Made by a program: the position numbers and the translations under genes
Notes under the pieces: generated by a model
The model's input: only the letters and a program-made list of their open reading frames with translations
Told to the model about the DNA's origin: nothing
Databases searched by the model: none
Part shown: piece by piece, positions 27,561-38,879 of the stretch
Numbering within the stretch: position 1 is the stretch's first letter
Layout of the letters: each line of letters opens with the position of its first letter
Assembly: GCA_965644265.1 (NCBI GenBank)
Contig: OZ286476.1
Coordinates: forward strand, 78,554,001-78,618,000
Reading direction: 5' to 3'
Length of the DNA stretch: 64,000 bases
Origin: Glycera tridactyla
Taxonomy: Eukaryota

Positions 27561-28539
27561 ATTCTAAATAGAGTGTCCTGAGCTGGAGGGGTGTCTGAAG
27601 AGGTGTCTAATAGAGTGTGGCCTAAGCAATGGGTCCTGAAGAGAGTGTCCTAAAGATGGTGTCCTGAGCGGGAGGTTCTGGCGATAGTGTCCTGAAAAGA
27701 GTGATGCTGGGCCCCGGGATCTGACATTTCCTTTTTTTTCAAAACTATGGAAGGGATTATCTAGGTACAGCTACTATTCTCATCAATATCAGGTACGTAG
27801 TCCCTCAATGTCCCTCCTAATTGTCTGTGTATCGCCTTGCAGAACAGCATCATCTGACACCAGCTTGGTGACCATGGTAATGGATTTATCATCAGATCAG
27901 CTACATAAATGATATTCTTTTTCATCACATATAAATCAGACTTAAGTGAGGATATTTCTGCAGGAAATCGCAACAATGATTACTGAAACAATGAATTGCA
28001 AAATGGTCTCCTCCAATGGCTACTCACTTTTAACTGTTACCATGGGAACCGTGAAATCATTGCAGCAAATCAAAGACGTGAAATTATTGCAGCAAATTTG
28101 GATCTATTAGAGAGCCTATGTGGAATCATCGCTAATCTGTGGCATCAGGACCAAATCTCGGGTACTGCTTGCAATGGATACCAGGATTTCCCAGTTCGTC
28201 ATGCCAATTATCATCACAAATTGTTTGATATTAGCAACATATGTAGGCTCTGCTGCTTTACTAGATTGTACTCAGAGGATGTACTAAGCAGGCTATCTTG
28301 TGACTTGCCCAAATTAGGGCTTCTCATGCATATGCAGGGTGTCCTAAATAGGGTGAACCAGCAGAAGGTCCTATGTGGAGTGTCCTAAACATGATGTCTT
28401 GAACAGGAGGCATATTCCAAGGAGTATGGTCAAAGGAGCTATGTGACGAATCCATCAAAGAGGATGTGTTCTTTAAGAAGGTGTAGGGGAGAAGGCGAGG
28501 GTTACTGATAATGATGAGCCATGCAACTAGAGAGAGAGA

Positions 28540-28975
28540 GGGGTGGGATGGGAAGGGGTGCTCAAACATCTCCCTACTACTCTACTCTACCGAGAATGTC
28601 CCGCCTTAGTTCTAGAGTCAATTGTCAGCAGTGAGATAACAGAAAGAGAGGGATTGGGTGGGAAGGGGTGCTCAAACATCTCTCTACTACTCTACTCTAC
28701 CGAGAATGTCCCGCCTTAGGTCTAGAGTAAATTGTTAGCAGTGAGATAACAGGAAGAGAGAGGGGTGGGGTGGGAAGGGGTGCTCAAACATCTCCCTACT
28801 ACTCTACTCTACCGAGAATGTCCCGCCTTAGTTCTAGAGTCAATTGTCAGCAGTGAGATAACAGAGAGAGAGAGGGGTGGGGTGGGAAGGGGTGCTCAAA
28901 CATCTCTCCACTACTCTACTCTACCGAGAATGTCCCGCCTTAGGTCTAGAGTCAATTGTCAGCAGTGAGCTAACT
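28540..28975. repeat. 110-112-bp tandem array, about 4 units
   Basis: ggaaggggtgctcaaacatc at 28551/28661/28773/28885. Confidence 0.88.
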
Positions 28976-29050
28976 GTGTTGAAAGGGGTGTGCTCAAGCT
29001 CCATGGATTGCCTATTACTCAATACGAGCTGGGAATATGAGGATACTCAC

Positions 29051-29185
29051 CGAGACGATGTGCGATCATTCCCAGGAACTGCACCACCATGACGATACCG
29101 AAGAAGATGAGGAACATGAATCCGATGGGCTCAACGTCGACCTCACCACTGCCGTCAAAACAGGGCCACTTGAGGGTCAGTTCAC
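29051..29185 (-). CDS. CHS: Chitin synthase exon S
   Basis: tttcag|GT ... G|GTGAGT, 135 nt, phase 1/1; EPIGFMFLIFFGIVMVVQFLGMIAHRL. Confidence 0.9.
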
Positions 29186-30680
29186 CTGAAATTAACAACA
29201 CATACTCCATGATGCTACAGTACCATTGCCGTCAAAACAGGGCCACTTGAGGGTCAGTTCACCTGAAATCAACAACACATACTCCATGATGCTACAGTAC
29301 CACTGCCGTCAAAACAGGGTCACTTGAGTGTCAGTTCACCTGAAATCAACAACACATACTCCATGATGCTACAGTACCATTGCCGTCAAAACAGGGCCAC
29401 TTGAGGGTCAGTTCACCTGAAACAAAAAGACACACTCCTTGATGCTGTAATACCACCGCCGTCAGAAAAGGGCCACTCGAGGGTCGGGGAACCTGAAATC
29501 AAAAACACAAACTCCTTGATGCTGTAGTACCACCGCCGTCAGAACAGGGCCACTTGAGAGTCAGGGAACCTGAAATTACCAACACACACCCCATGATGCT
29601 ATAGTGCCACCGCCGTCAGAAAAGGGCCACTTGAGGGTCGGGGAACCTGAAATTACCAACACACACCCCATGATGCTATAGTGCCACCGCCGTCAGAACA
29701 GGGTCACTTAAGGGTCAGGGAACCTGAAATTACCAACACACACCAAATGATGCTATAGTGCCACCGCCGTCAGAACAGGGCCACTTGAGGATCAGGGGAC
29801 CTGAAATTACCAACACACACACCCTGATGCTATAGTGCCACCGCCGTCAGAACAGGGTCATTTGAGGGTCAGGGAACCTGAAATTACCAACACACACCCC
29901 GTGATGCTATAGTGCCACCGCCGTCAGAACAGGGCCACTTGTGGGTCAGGGGACCTGAAATTACCAACACACACCCCATGATGCTATAGTGCCACCGCCG
30001 TCAGAACAGGGCCACTTGAGGGTCAGGGGACCTGAAATTACCAACACACACCCCATGATGCTATAGTGCCACCGCCGTCAGAACAGGGTCACTTGAGGGT
30101 CAGGGAACCTGAAATCACCAACACACACCCCATGATGCTATAGTGCCACCGCCGTCAGAACAGGGCCACTTGAGGGTCGGGGAACCTGAAATTACCAACA
30201 CACACCCCATGATGCTATAGTGCCACCGCCGTCAGAACAGGGCCACTTGAGGGTCAGGGATCCTGAAATTACCAACACACACCCCATGATGCTATAGTGC
30301 CACCGCCGTCAGAACAGGGCCACTTGAGGGTCAGGGGACCTGAAATAAGCAACTCACACTTCATGATGCTATAGTGCCACCGCCGTCAGAACAGGGCCAC
30401 TTGAGGGTCAGGGAACCTGAAATTACCAACACACACCCCATGATGCTATAGTACCACCGCCGTCAGATCAGGGCCACTTGTGGGTCAGGGGACCTGAAAT
30501 AAGCAACTCACACTTCATGATGCTATAGTGCCACCGCCGTCAGAACAGGGCCACTTGAGGGTCAGGGAACCTGAAATTACCAACACACACCCCATGATGC
30601 TATAGTACCACCGCCGTCAGATCAGGGCCACTTGTGGGTCAGGGGACCTGAAATAAGCAACTCACACTTCATGATGCTAA
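29140..30680 (-). repeat. Exon S acceptor array (77-bp units, about 20 acceptors)
   Basis: Unit is the intron end plus the first ~40 nt of exon S (GELTLKWPCFDG). Confidence 0.92.
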
Positions 30681-30939
30681 CGTCGGTCTCGTCCTATTTT
30701 GCTATTGCGTTACAATCTCACGGCCATAAATTCTTACTTCTATCACATGGATAGAGGGAGCGAGATCATCAGAAATTAGTTCTCGCCCAGCTGTGAAGTA
30801 TCACACGCAATACTCAACACCTGATACTTGACCCAAAATGTCACATCCATGTGATAAAGCAAGTTCTGGCACACATGAGGTCTGACTCTGTAATTGTAAG
30901 GTGAAGACGACGGTGCCGTTGGACATGAAGAAGGCGAAG

Positions 30940-31228
30940 NNNNNNNNNNNNNNNNNNNNNNNNNNNNNNNNNNNNNNNNNNNNNNNNNNNNNNNNNNNNN
31001 NNNNNNNNNNNNNNNNNNNNNNNNNNNNNNNNNNNNNNNNNNNNNNNNNNNNNNNNNNNNNNNNNNNNNNNNNNNNNNNNNNNNNNNNNNNNNNNNNNNN
31101 NNNNNNNNNNNNNNNNNNNNNNNNNNNNNNNNNNNNNNNNNNNNNNNNNNNNNNNNNNNNNNNNNNNNNNNNNNNNNNNNNNNNNNNNNNNNNNNNNNNN
31201 NNNNNNNNNNNNNNNNNNNNNNNNNNNN
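30940..31228. other. Assembly gap
   Basis: N-run flanked by exon R-derived sequence on both sides. Confidence 0.98.
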
Positions 31229-31255
31229 TAGGTTCACACATGAGGTCTGACTCAC

Positions 31256-31564
31256 CGGTGGCATTCTGTAATTGTAAGGTGAAGACGACGGTGACGAAGA
31301 TGGCGTTGGACATAAAGAAGGCGAAGGTGACGTTATTACGTAGCTCTATGAGGTCAGACTTGACACGTTTCTCTTGCTCGGCGTTCTTGTCAAGAGGAAA
31401 GAGATAACTCTGGATGAGGCCGTCCCAGAAGTGACGCTCGTTACCATCAATATGAGCCACGTTACCCTCCAGTAAGTCAGGGTCCTTCATCCAGTAGCCC
31501 TCCGTGATCTCCTCTTCCTCCTCCTCCTCCTGCTCCTCCTCCACCTCCTCCCCAAACAATGTGT
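31256..31564 (-). CDS. CHS: Chitin synthase exon R
   Basis: gattgtag|AC is the acceptor that matches phase 1; donor G|GTGAGT; 309 nt; FWDGLIQSYLFPL, LIELRNNVTFAFFMSNA. Confidence 0.85.
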
Positions 31565-32089
31565 CTACAATCAGATGCAACACGCTGGTCATTCTACCCT
31601 ATTCTATATGACACCAAGCGAATACAGCTTCCATTGATATCACCACCACTAAGAGAGAATAATGTCACTCAGGTAGGTAGAGTGACTGTCACACTTTATA
31701 GGCTACAATACGACTCCCCTTACTCATATTGAATCTGTGCCCAGGCACCAGACATTGACTAGGTACCTGTGATGAAGAGTTAGACCTGAAATCACATATA
31801 AACAAGCAATGCTAAATAAGTCCTGCCTTGGAAGGCTGGCATGTGGGTTTGTTTGTGAACATTTTGGTCATATTGCAAGTTGAATAACAGATTCATTTCA
31901 CGAGCTACATGACAAAGAAATAAACAGCGACAAAATTCTACTCAGCAATGGGCCAGCGTATTGCCAGTGCACAGCCAGATTGTGCAGCTTTAGTATGGGT
32001 TCAAAGGTCAGTTGGGGTAGCTGAGATGCCATAAAACTCATTAGGTATCCATCAACAGACCCTAACCCTAACCCTAACCTGGAGACAAA

Positions 32090-34290
32090 CTCACTCAGGA
32101 CTTGTTGATTGAGATGAGTGTCAGCCTATCCACCTACTACTGGGGTTCAGGGTTAACCCTGGCCCGAACCTGAAGAGACCACTCACCCAGGACTTGTTGA
32201 TTGAGATGAGTGTCAGCCTCCCTGACCTGAAGAGACAACTCACCCAGGACTTGTTGATTGAGATGAGGATCAGCCCCCCTGACCTGAAGAGACAACTCAC
32301 CCAGGACGTGTTGATCGAGATGAGTGTCAGCCTCCCTGACTTGAAGAGACAACTCACACAAGCCTTGTTGATTGAGAGGAGTGTCAGCCTACCTGACCTA
32401 AAGAGACCACTCACCCAGCACTTGTTGATTGAGATGAGTGTCAGCCTCCCTGACTTAAAGAGACAACTCACCCAGGACTTGTTGATTGAGATGAGTGTCA
32501 GCCTCCCTGACCTGAAGAGACAACTCACCCAGGACGTGTTGATTGAGATGAGTGTCAGCCCCCCTGACCTGAAGAGACAACTCACCCAGGACTTGTTGAT
32601 TGAGATGAGTGTCAGCCTCCCTGACTTGAAGAGACAACTCACCCAGGACTTGTTGATTGAGATGAGTGTCAGCCTCCCTGACTTAAAGAGACAACTCACC
32701 CAGGACTTGTTGATTGAGAGGAGTGTCAGCCTACCTGACCTAAAGGGACCACTCACCCAGAACTTGTTGATTGAGATGAGTGCCAGCCCCCCTGACTTGA
32801 AGAGACCACTCACCCAGGACTTGTTGATTGAGATGAGTGTCAGCCCTCCTGACTTGAAGAGACCACTCACCCAGGACTTGTTGATTGAGATGAGTGTCAG
32901 CCTCTCTGACCTAAAGAGACCACTCACCCAGGACTTGTTGATTGAGAAGAGTGTCAGCCTACCTGACCTTAAGAGACAACTCACCCAGGACTTGTTGATT
33001 GAGAGGAGTGTCAGCCTACCTGACTTGAAGAGACCACTCACCCAGGACTTGTTGATTGAGATGAGTGTCAGCCTCTCTGACCTAAAGAGACCACTCACCC
33101 AGGACTTGTTGATTGAGATGAGGATCAGCCTCCCTGACCTTAAGAGACAACTCACCCAGGACTTGTTGATTGAGAGGAGTGTCAGCCTACCTGACCTGAA
33201 GAGACAACTTACCCAGGACTTGTTGATTGAGATGAGTGTCAGCCTCTCTGACCTAAAATGACCACTCACCCATAACTTGTTGATTGAGATGAGTGTCAGC
33301 CTACCTGACCTGAAGAGACAACTCACCCAGGACGTGTTGATTGAGAGGAGTGTCAGCCTCCCTGACCTGAAGAGACAACTCACCCAGGACTTGTTGATTG
33401 AGAGGAGTGTCAGCCTCCCTGACCTGAAGAGACAACTCACCCAGGACTTTTCGATTAGGATGAGGATCAGCCTCCCTGACCTGAAGAGACCACTCACCCA
33501 GGACTTGTTGATTGAGATGAGTGTCAGCCCCCCCTGACCTGAAGAGACAACTTACCCAGGACTTGTTGATTGAGAGGAGTGTCAGCCTCCCTGACCTGAA
33601 GAGACAACTCACCCAGGACTTGTTGATTGAGAAGAGTGTCAGCCTCCCTGACCTGAAGAGACAACTCACCCAGGACTTGTTGATTGAGATGAGTGTCAGC
33701 CCCCCCTGACCTGAAGAGACAACTTACCCAGGACTTGTTGATTGAGAGGAGTGTCAGCCTCCCTGACCTGAAGAGACAACTCACCCAGGACTTGTTGATT
33801 GAGAGGAGTGTCAGCCTCCCTGACCTGAAGAGACCACTCACCCAGGACTTGTTGATTGAGAGGAGTGTCAGCCTCCCTGACCTGAAGAGACAACTCACCC
33901 AGGACGTGTTGATTGAGAGGAGTGTCAGCCTCCCTGACCTGAAGAGACAACTCACCCAGGACTTGTTGATTGAGAGGAGTGTCAGCCTCCCTGACCTGAA
34001 GAGACAACTCACCCAGGACTTTTCGATTGGGATGAGGATCAGCCTCCCTGACCTGAAGAGACCACTCACCCAGGACTTGTTGATTGAGATGAGTGTCAGC
34101 CTCCCTGTCTTAAAGAGACCACTCACCCAGGACTTGTTGATTGAGATGAGTGTCAGCCCCCCCTGACCTGAAGAGACAACTCACCCAGGACTTGTTGATT
34201 GAGATGAGTGTCAGCTCACCAACTCACTACTGTGGTTCAGGGTTAACCCTGGCCCTAATTCAAAGAGACAACTCACCCAGGACTTGTTGA
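32090..34290 (-). repeat. Exon Q donor array (48-bp units, about 45 copies)
   Basis: Unit CTCAATCAACAAGTCCTGG|GTGAGTTGTCTCTTcaggtcagggaggctgacactcat. Confidence 0.93.
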
Positions 34291-34535
34291 TTGAGATCGG
34301 CCTCAGCGCCGCCTACTGGGGTCCCGGTCTCGTCCTCCTCCATCAATGAGGTGACGGCTAGACTTGTTTGACTGGTGAAACGCTTGAGGCCCTTCCTTTT
34401 ATTGGATGACTTGATTGCCTCTTCAAGGTCATTTAGTTTGTCGGCGATGACCTTCAGTCGTACATACTCGTCATTAGGTTCCTTGGTCGGACACAGCACG
34501 CACTTCAGAATGCGACTCAGTGAAAATGTCCAACC
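34277..34535 (-). CDS. CHS: Chitin synthase exon Q
   Basis: tctag|GGT ... G|GTGAGT, 259 nt, phase 0/1; coiled-coil-like LKVIADKLNDLEEAI. Confidence 0.82.
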
Positions 34536-34869
34536 CTAGACCAACAAGGGACACAGTGAGTGCTGGTGGAAGCGCTGCTGGGTAGGATGGTTGTTAGCGT
34601 GTTTGTGGTGTTGCCGGTGGTGGTAGTGTTGGTGGTAGTGGTGGTGGTAAGTAATAAGTATTTTCATTTCTGTGACTAGAGATAACATATATATACAACA
34701 TATTGACACAAAATAGACATATACAGCAATTTTTTTGAATATAATAAATCTCCCACCCCTGAATAGAGGCTATTAATCGCATTGTAATAATAACTATTCA
34801 AATTCGCTCATCTCCCTTCCTTCTAACTTAATTCAACACAGTTCACAATAGGGACTGGTTGTGCTATAA

Positions 34870-35390
34870 TATTGTCAATTAGCGGTGGTGATAGTGGTGA
34901 TGATAGTGGTGGTGCTGATGATGATTGCAGTGGAGGCCGTGCAGCTGGTGATGGTAGTCGTAGTAGTAATATTAGTTATGGTGGTGATGGTGGTGGTGAA
35001 TGCAGTGGTGGTTGTGGTAGTGGTGATGGTGGTAGTGGTGGTGCTGGTGGTAGTGGTTGAGGTGGTTGCAGCGTTGATGGCGGTGGTCATGGTGGTCATG
35101 GTGATGACGGCAGTGGTAGTGGCGGTGGTGATGGTGGTGGCAGTGGTGATGATTGCAGTGGTGGTTGTGGTAGTGGTGATGGTGGTGGTGGTGATTGTGG
35201 TTGTGCAGCTGGTGATGGTAGTCGTAGTGGTTATGGTGGTGATGGTGGTGGTGGTGATTGCAATGGTGGTGGTGGTGGTGATTGTGGTGGTTGCAGTGTT
35301 AGTGGCGGTGGTGATGGTGATCGTTGTGATGGTGGCAGTGGTAATGATGGCTGTAGTGGTGGTGCTGGTGGTGGCGGCAGTGGTGATGGA
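34870..35390. repeat. GGT/GAT-type low-complexity tract starting at the exon P donor
   Basis: Degenerate trinucleotide repeat. Confidence 0.85.
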
Positions 35391-35397
35391 CACCGAC

Positions 35398-35634
35398 CTC
35401 TTCCACGGAAGATTCGACGTCCATGAGACCGAGCAGATTGGTTTTCTTGGTTTCTGGTTTCTTCTTGCCCTGGGCTTGTTGAGACTGTCCCTGGTTGGCG
35501 GGCGCTGCTTGGGCCACCTCACGAGTACCCCAGCTGACCACGTGCAGGTTACACATACCATAGACGATGAGGAACAGGTACATGCTGGGGATGAGGACGA
35601 AATACAAGAGACCTGGCACTATACAGTCCATCTC
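35398..35634 (-). CDS. CHS: Chitin synthase exon P
   Basis: cttgcag|GAG ... GAG|GTCGGT, 237 nt, phase 0/0; LYFVLIPSMY...NLHVVSWGTRE. Confidence 0.9.
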
Positions 35635-36797
35635 CTGCAAGACACACACAATGACATGAATATATGTGAATATATATACTCGGGGTGAGCACGGAGTACA
35701 AGAGACCTGGCACTATACAGTCCATCTCCTGCAAGACAACCAGGATGACATGAATATATGTGAATATATATACTCAGGATGAGCAGGAAATACAAGAGAC
35801 CTGGCACTATACAGTCCATCTCCTGCAAGACACACACGATGACATGAATATATGTGAATATATATACTCGGGGTGAGCACGGAGTACAAGAGACCCGGCA
35901 CTATACAGTCCATCTCCTGCAAGACACACACAATGACATGAATATATGTGAATATATATACCCAGGATGAGCACGAAATACAAGAGACCTGACACTATAC
36001 AGTCCATCTCCTGCAAGACAACCACAATGACATGAATATATGTGAATATATATACTCGGGGTGAGCACGGAATACAAGAGACGTGGCACTATACAGTCCA
36101 TCTCCTGCAAGACACACACAATGACATGAATATATGTGAATATATACACTCGGGGTGAGTATGAAATACAAGAGACCTGGCACTATACAGTCCATCTCCT
36201 GCAAGACACACACAATGACATGAATATATATGTGAATATATATACTCGGGATGAGGATGAAATTCAAGAGACCTGGCACTATACAGTCCATCTCCTGTAA
36301 GACACACACAATGACATGAATATATGTGAATATATATACTCGGGGTGAGCACAGAATACAAGAGACCTGGCACTATACAGTCCATCTCCTGCAAGACACA
36401 CACGATGACATGAATATATGTGAATATATATACTTGGGGTGAGCATGGAATACAAGAGACCTGGCACTATACAGTCCATCTCCTGCAAGACAACCACAAT
36501 GACATGAATATATGTGAATATATATACTCGGGGTGAGCACAAAATACAAGAGACCTGGCACTATACAGTCCATCTCCTGCAAGACAATCAGGATGACATG
36601 AATATATGTGAATATATATACTCGGGGTGAGCACGGAGTACAAGAGACCCGGCACTATACAGTCCATCTCCTGCAAGACAACCAGGATGACATGAATATA
36701 TGTGAATATATATACTCAGGATGAGCACAAAATACAAGAGACCTGGCACTATACAGTCCATCTCCTGCAAGACACACACGATGACATGAATATATAT
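35600..36797 (-). repeat. Exon P acceptor array (94-bp units, about 13 acceptors)
   Basis: Unit is the intron end plus EMDCIVPGLLY..; acceptors from 35634 to about 36764. Confidence 0.92.
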
Positions 36798-36798
36798 A

Positions 36799-36977
36799 CA
36801 GCCAAATCTCTCTTTGAAGACCGCCCTTGGTTGCATCAAAAACTGGCCTTTTTAGGGAGGTGGTCTTTAAAGAGAGGTGATCTACTATTGAGGATACTAC
36901 CACGGACGCAGCTCAGGGTTGTCTTTTCAGGGAAGTGCTTCTTAAGGGGGGGGGGGGGTTTAAAGGAGGTTCGACTG
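36799..36977. mobile_element. Tc1/mariner-pogo-like MITE
   Basis: TA-flanked imperfect TIRs: ta|cagccaaatctctc ... gaggttcgactg|ta (reverse complement cagtcgaacctc). Confidence 0.65.
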
Positions 36978-36984
36978 TATATTC

Positions 36985-37690
36985 ATTCATTCATTTTTGT
37001 ATTTTCTATCTACTTATCTATTTAGTTGTTTATCTATCCATTAGATTATTCGTTATTGATTTATCCACTATGTATTCATTTAATTTGTTATCATTATTCA
37101 TTTATTGATTCATTTAACGATTTATCGACCTATCAATTTATCCTTTTATTTATTTTCTTATCTATTTATTTATCTATTTTTTTTTATCTATTTATTTATC
37201 TATTTATCAATTCATTTATTCATCTAATGATCTATTTATTTGTTACTTTATTCATCTTTTGTTCATTCATCTATTGATTCAGCATTTATTCTTTATTCAT
37301 TCATCTATTCATTTATCTATTTCTATTTCTGATCATTCATTCATTTATCTATTTGATCGATTAGTCATCATTCATTTGTTCATTTATTATATATTCATTT
37401 ATTCATTTTCATTTGATCATTATTCATTCGTTCATTTATCCATTCATTCCTTGAATATTCAGTCGTTATCTATTCATTTATGTATTTATTTACTTTTATT
37501 CATTTTTTTATTCATCTGTTTGTTTATTTAGTCAATAATTCAATTATCTATTCAATCTCTTATCTATCTCCATTTTATCCATATATTTACTTATTTATTT
37601 CATTCATTTATTAAATTATTTATTCATCTATTTATTCATCCAAACAGTCATTCGTTCAATCATTCCTTCTATTTCATTGATTCTACAATT
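36985..37690. repeat. AT-rich degenerate tetranucleotide tract (TTCA/TCTA/TTTA)
   Basis: Low-complexity composition. Confidence 0.8.
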
Positions 37691-37824
37691 ACTCAGTGTC
37701 ACATAGAGAGGTTATGAATATAGGATGATGCAACATTAGCTAGTTGATCAAGGGGGTGGGCCCGCTCTCACTGACTTGTCTCGTTCCCTATGGTGGCATT
37801 GAAAACATGTAAAATCATACATAC

Positions 37825-37989
37825 CTGAGGATGCATGAGGGCAGCTGAAATGAAGAAGACGATGACGACGATAAGGAAGAAGGTGGATGGTGAGCAGAGA
37901 CCCTCCTGACTGATGTTGATAGCAATACCGATGATAACCAGCGTCATAATGATGGCATATATAGCTGATAACAGGGCGGCGAACTGTAG
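37825..37989 (-). CDS. CHS: Chitin synthase exon O
   Basis: gttacag|CTA ... CAG|GTATGT, 165 nt, phase 0/0; LQFAALLSAIYAIIM...ALMHPQ. A second in-frame AG 6 nt downstream is also possible. Confidence 0.85.
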
Positions 37990-38750
37990 CTGTAACACCA
38001 GAACCAACATAAATGATGATGGCATATATAGCTGTAACACCAGAACAAACATACATGATGATGGCATATATAGCTTCAACACCAGAACCACCATACATGA
38101 TGATGGCATATATAGCTTTAACACCAGAACCACCATACACGATGATGGCATATATAGCTGTAACACCAGAACCAACATACATGATGATGGCATATATAGC
38201 TGTAACACCAGAACCAACATACGTGATGATGGCATATATAGCTGTAACATCAGAACCAACATACATGATGATGGCATATATAGCTGTAACACCAGAACCA
38301 ACATACATGATGATGGCATATATAGCTGTAACACCAGAACCAACATACACGATGATGGCATATATAGCTGTAACACCAGAACCAACATACATGATGATGG
38401 CATATATAGCTGTAACACCAGAACCAACATACATGATGATGGCATATATAGCTGTAACACCAGAACCACCATACATGATGATGGCATATATAGCTGTAAC
38501 ACCAGAACCAACATACGTGATGATGGCATATATAGCTGTAACACCAGAACCAACATACGTGATGATGGCATATATAGCTGTAACACCAGAACCAACATAC
38601 ATGATGATGGCATATATAGCTGTAACACCAGAACCAACATACACGATGATGGCATATATAGCTGTAACACCAGAACCAACATACATGATGATGGCATATA
38701 TAGCTGTAACACCAGAACCAACATACATGATGATGGCATATATAGCTGAT
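37990..38750 (-). repeat. Exon O acceptor array (42-bp units, 18 acceptors)
   Basis: Unit catgtatgttggttctggtgttacag|ctatatatgccatcat; 37989 to 38703 = 17 x 42. Confidence 0.93.
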
Positions 38751-38879
38751 GACTGGAGCTGGAAGGAGGTGAGAGCTAGGATCTGGAACTGGGTGGAGAT
38801 AGGAGCTGGTGTCAGGAACTATTTGTAGATGGGAGCTGGTTGAAGGTGAGAGTCGGGTCAAACTGTATGTAGGTGGGGT

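Noticed and set aside
30776-31407. ORFs spanning N-runs (also 16977-17442, 42494-43206, 50287-50926)
   Set aside because: Length inflated by gap characters; only the exon R and exon M portions are real.
31565-31600. Exon R starting at atag|GGT (31598) or at the ATG in the ORF track
   Set aside because: Phase 0 conflicts with the phase-1 donor of exon Q; 31564 fits.
32121-34166. Leucine-periodic ORFs resembling LRR proteins
   Set aside because: The 16-aa period is just the 48-bp donor unit read in other frames or on the other strand.
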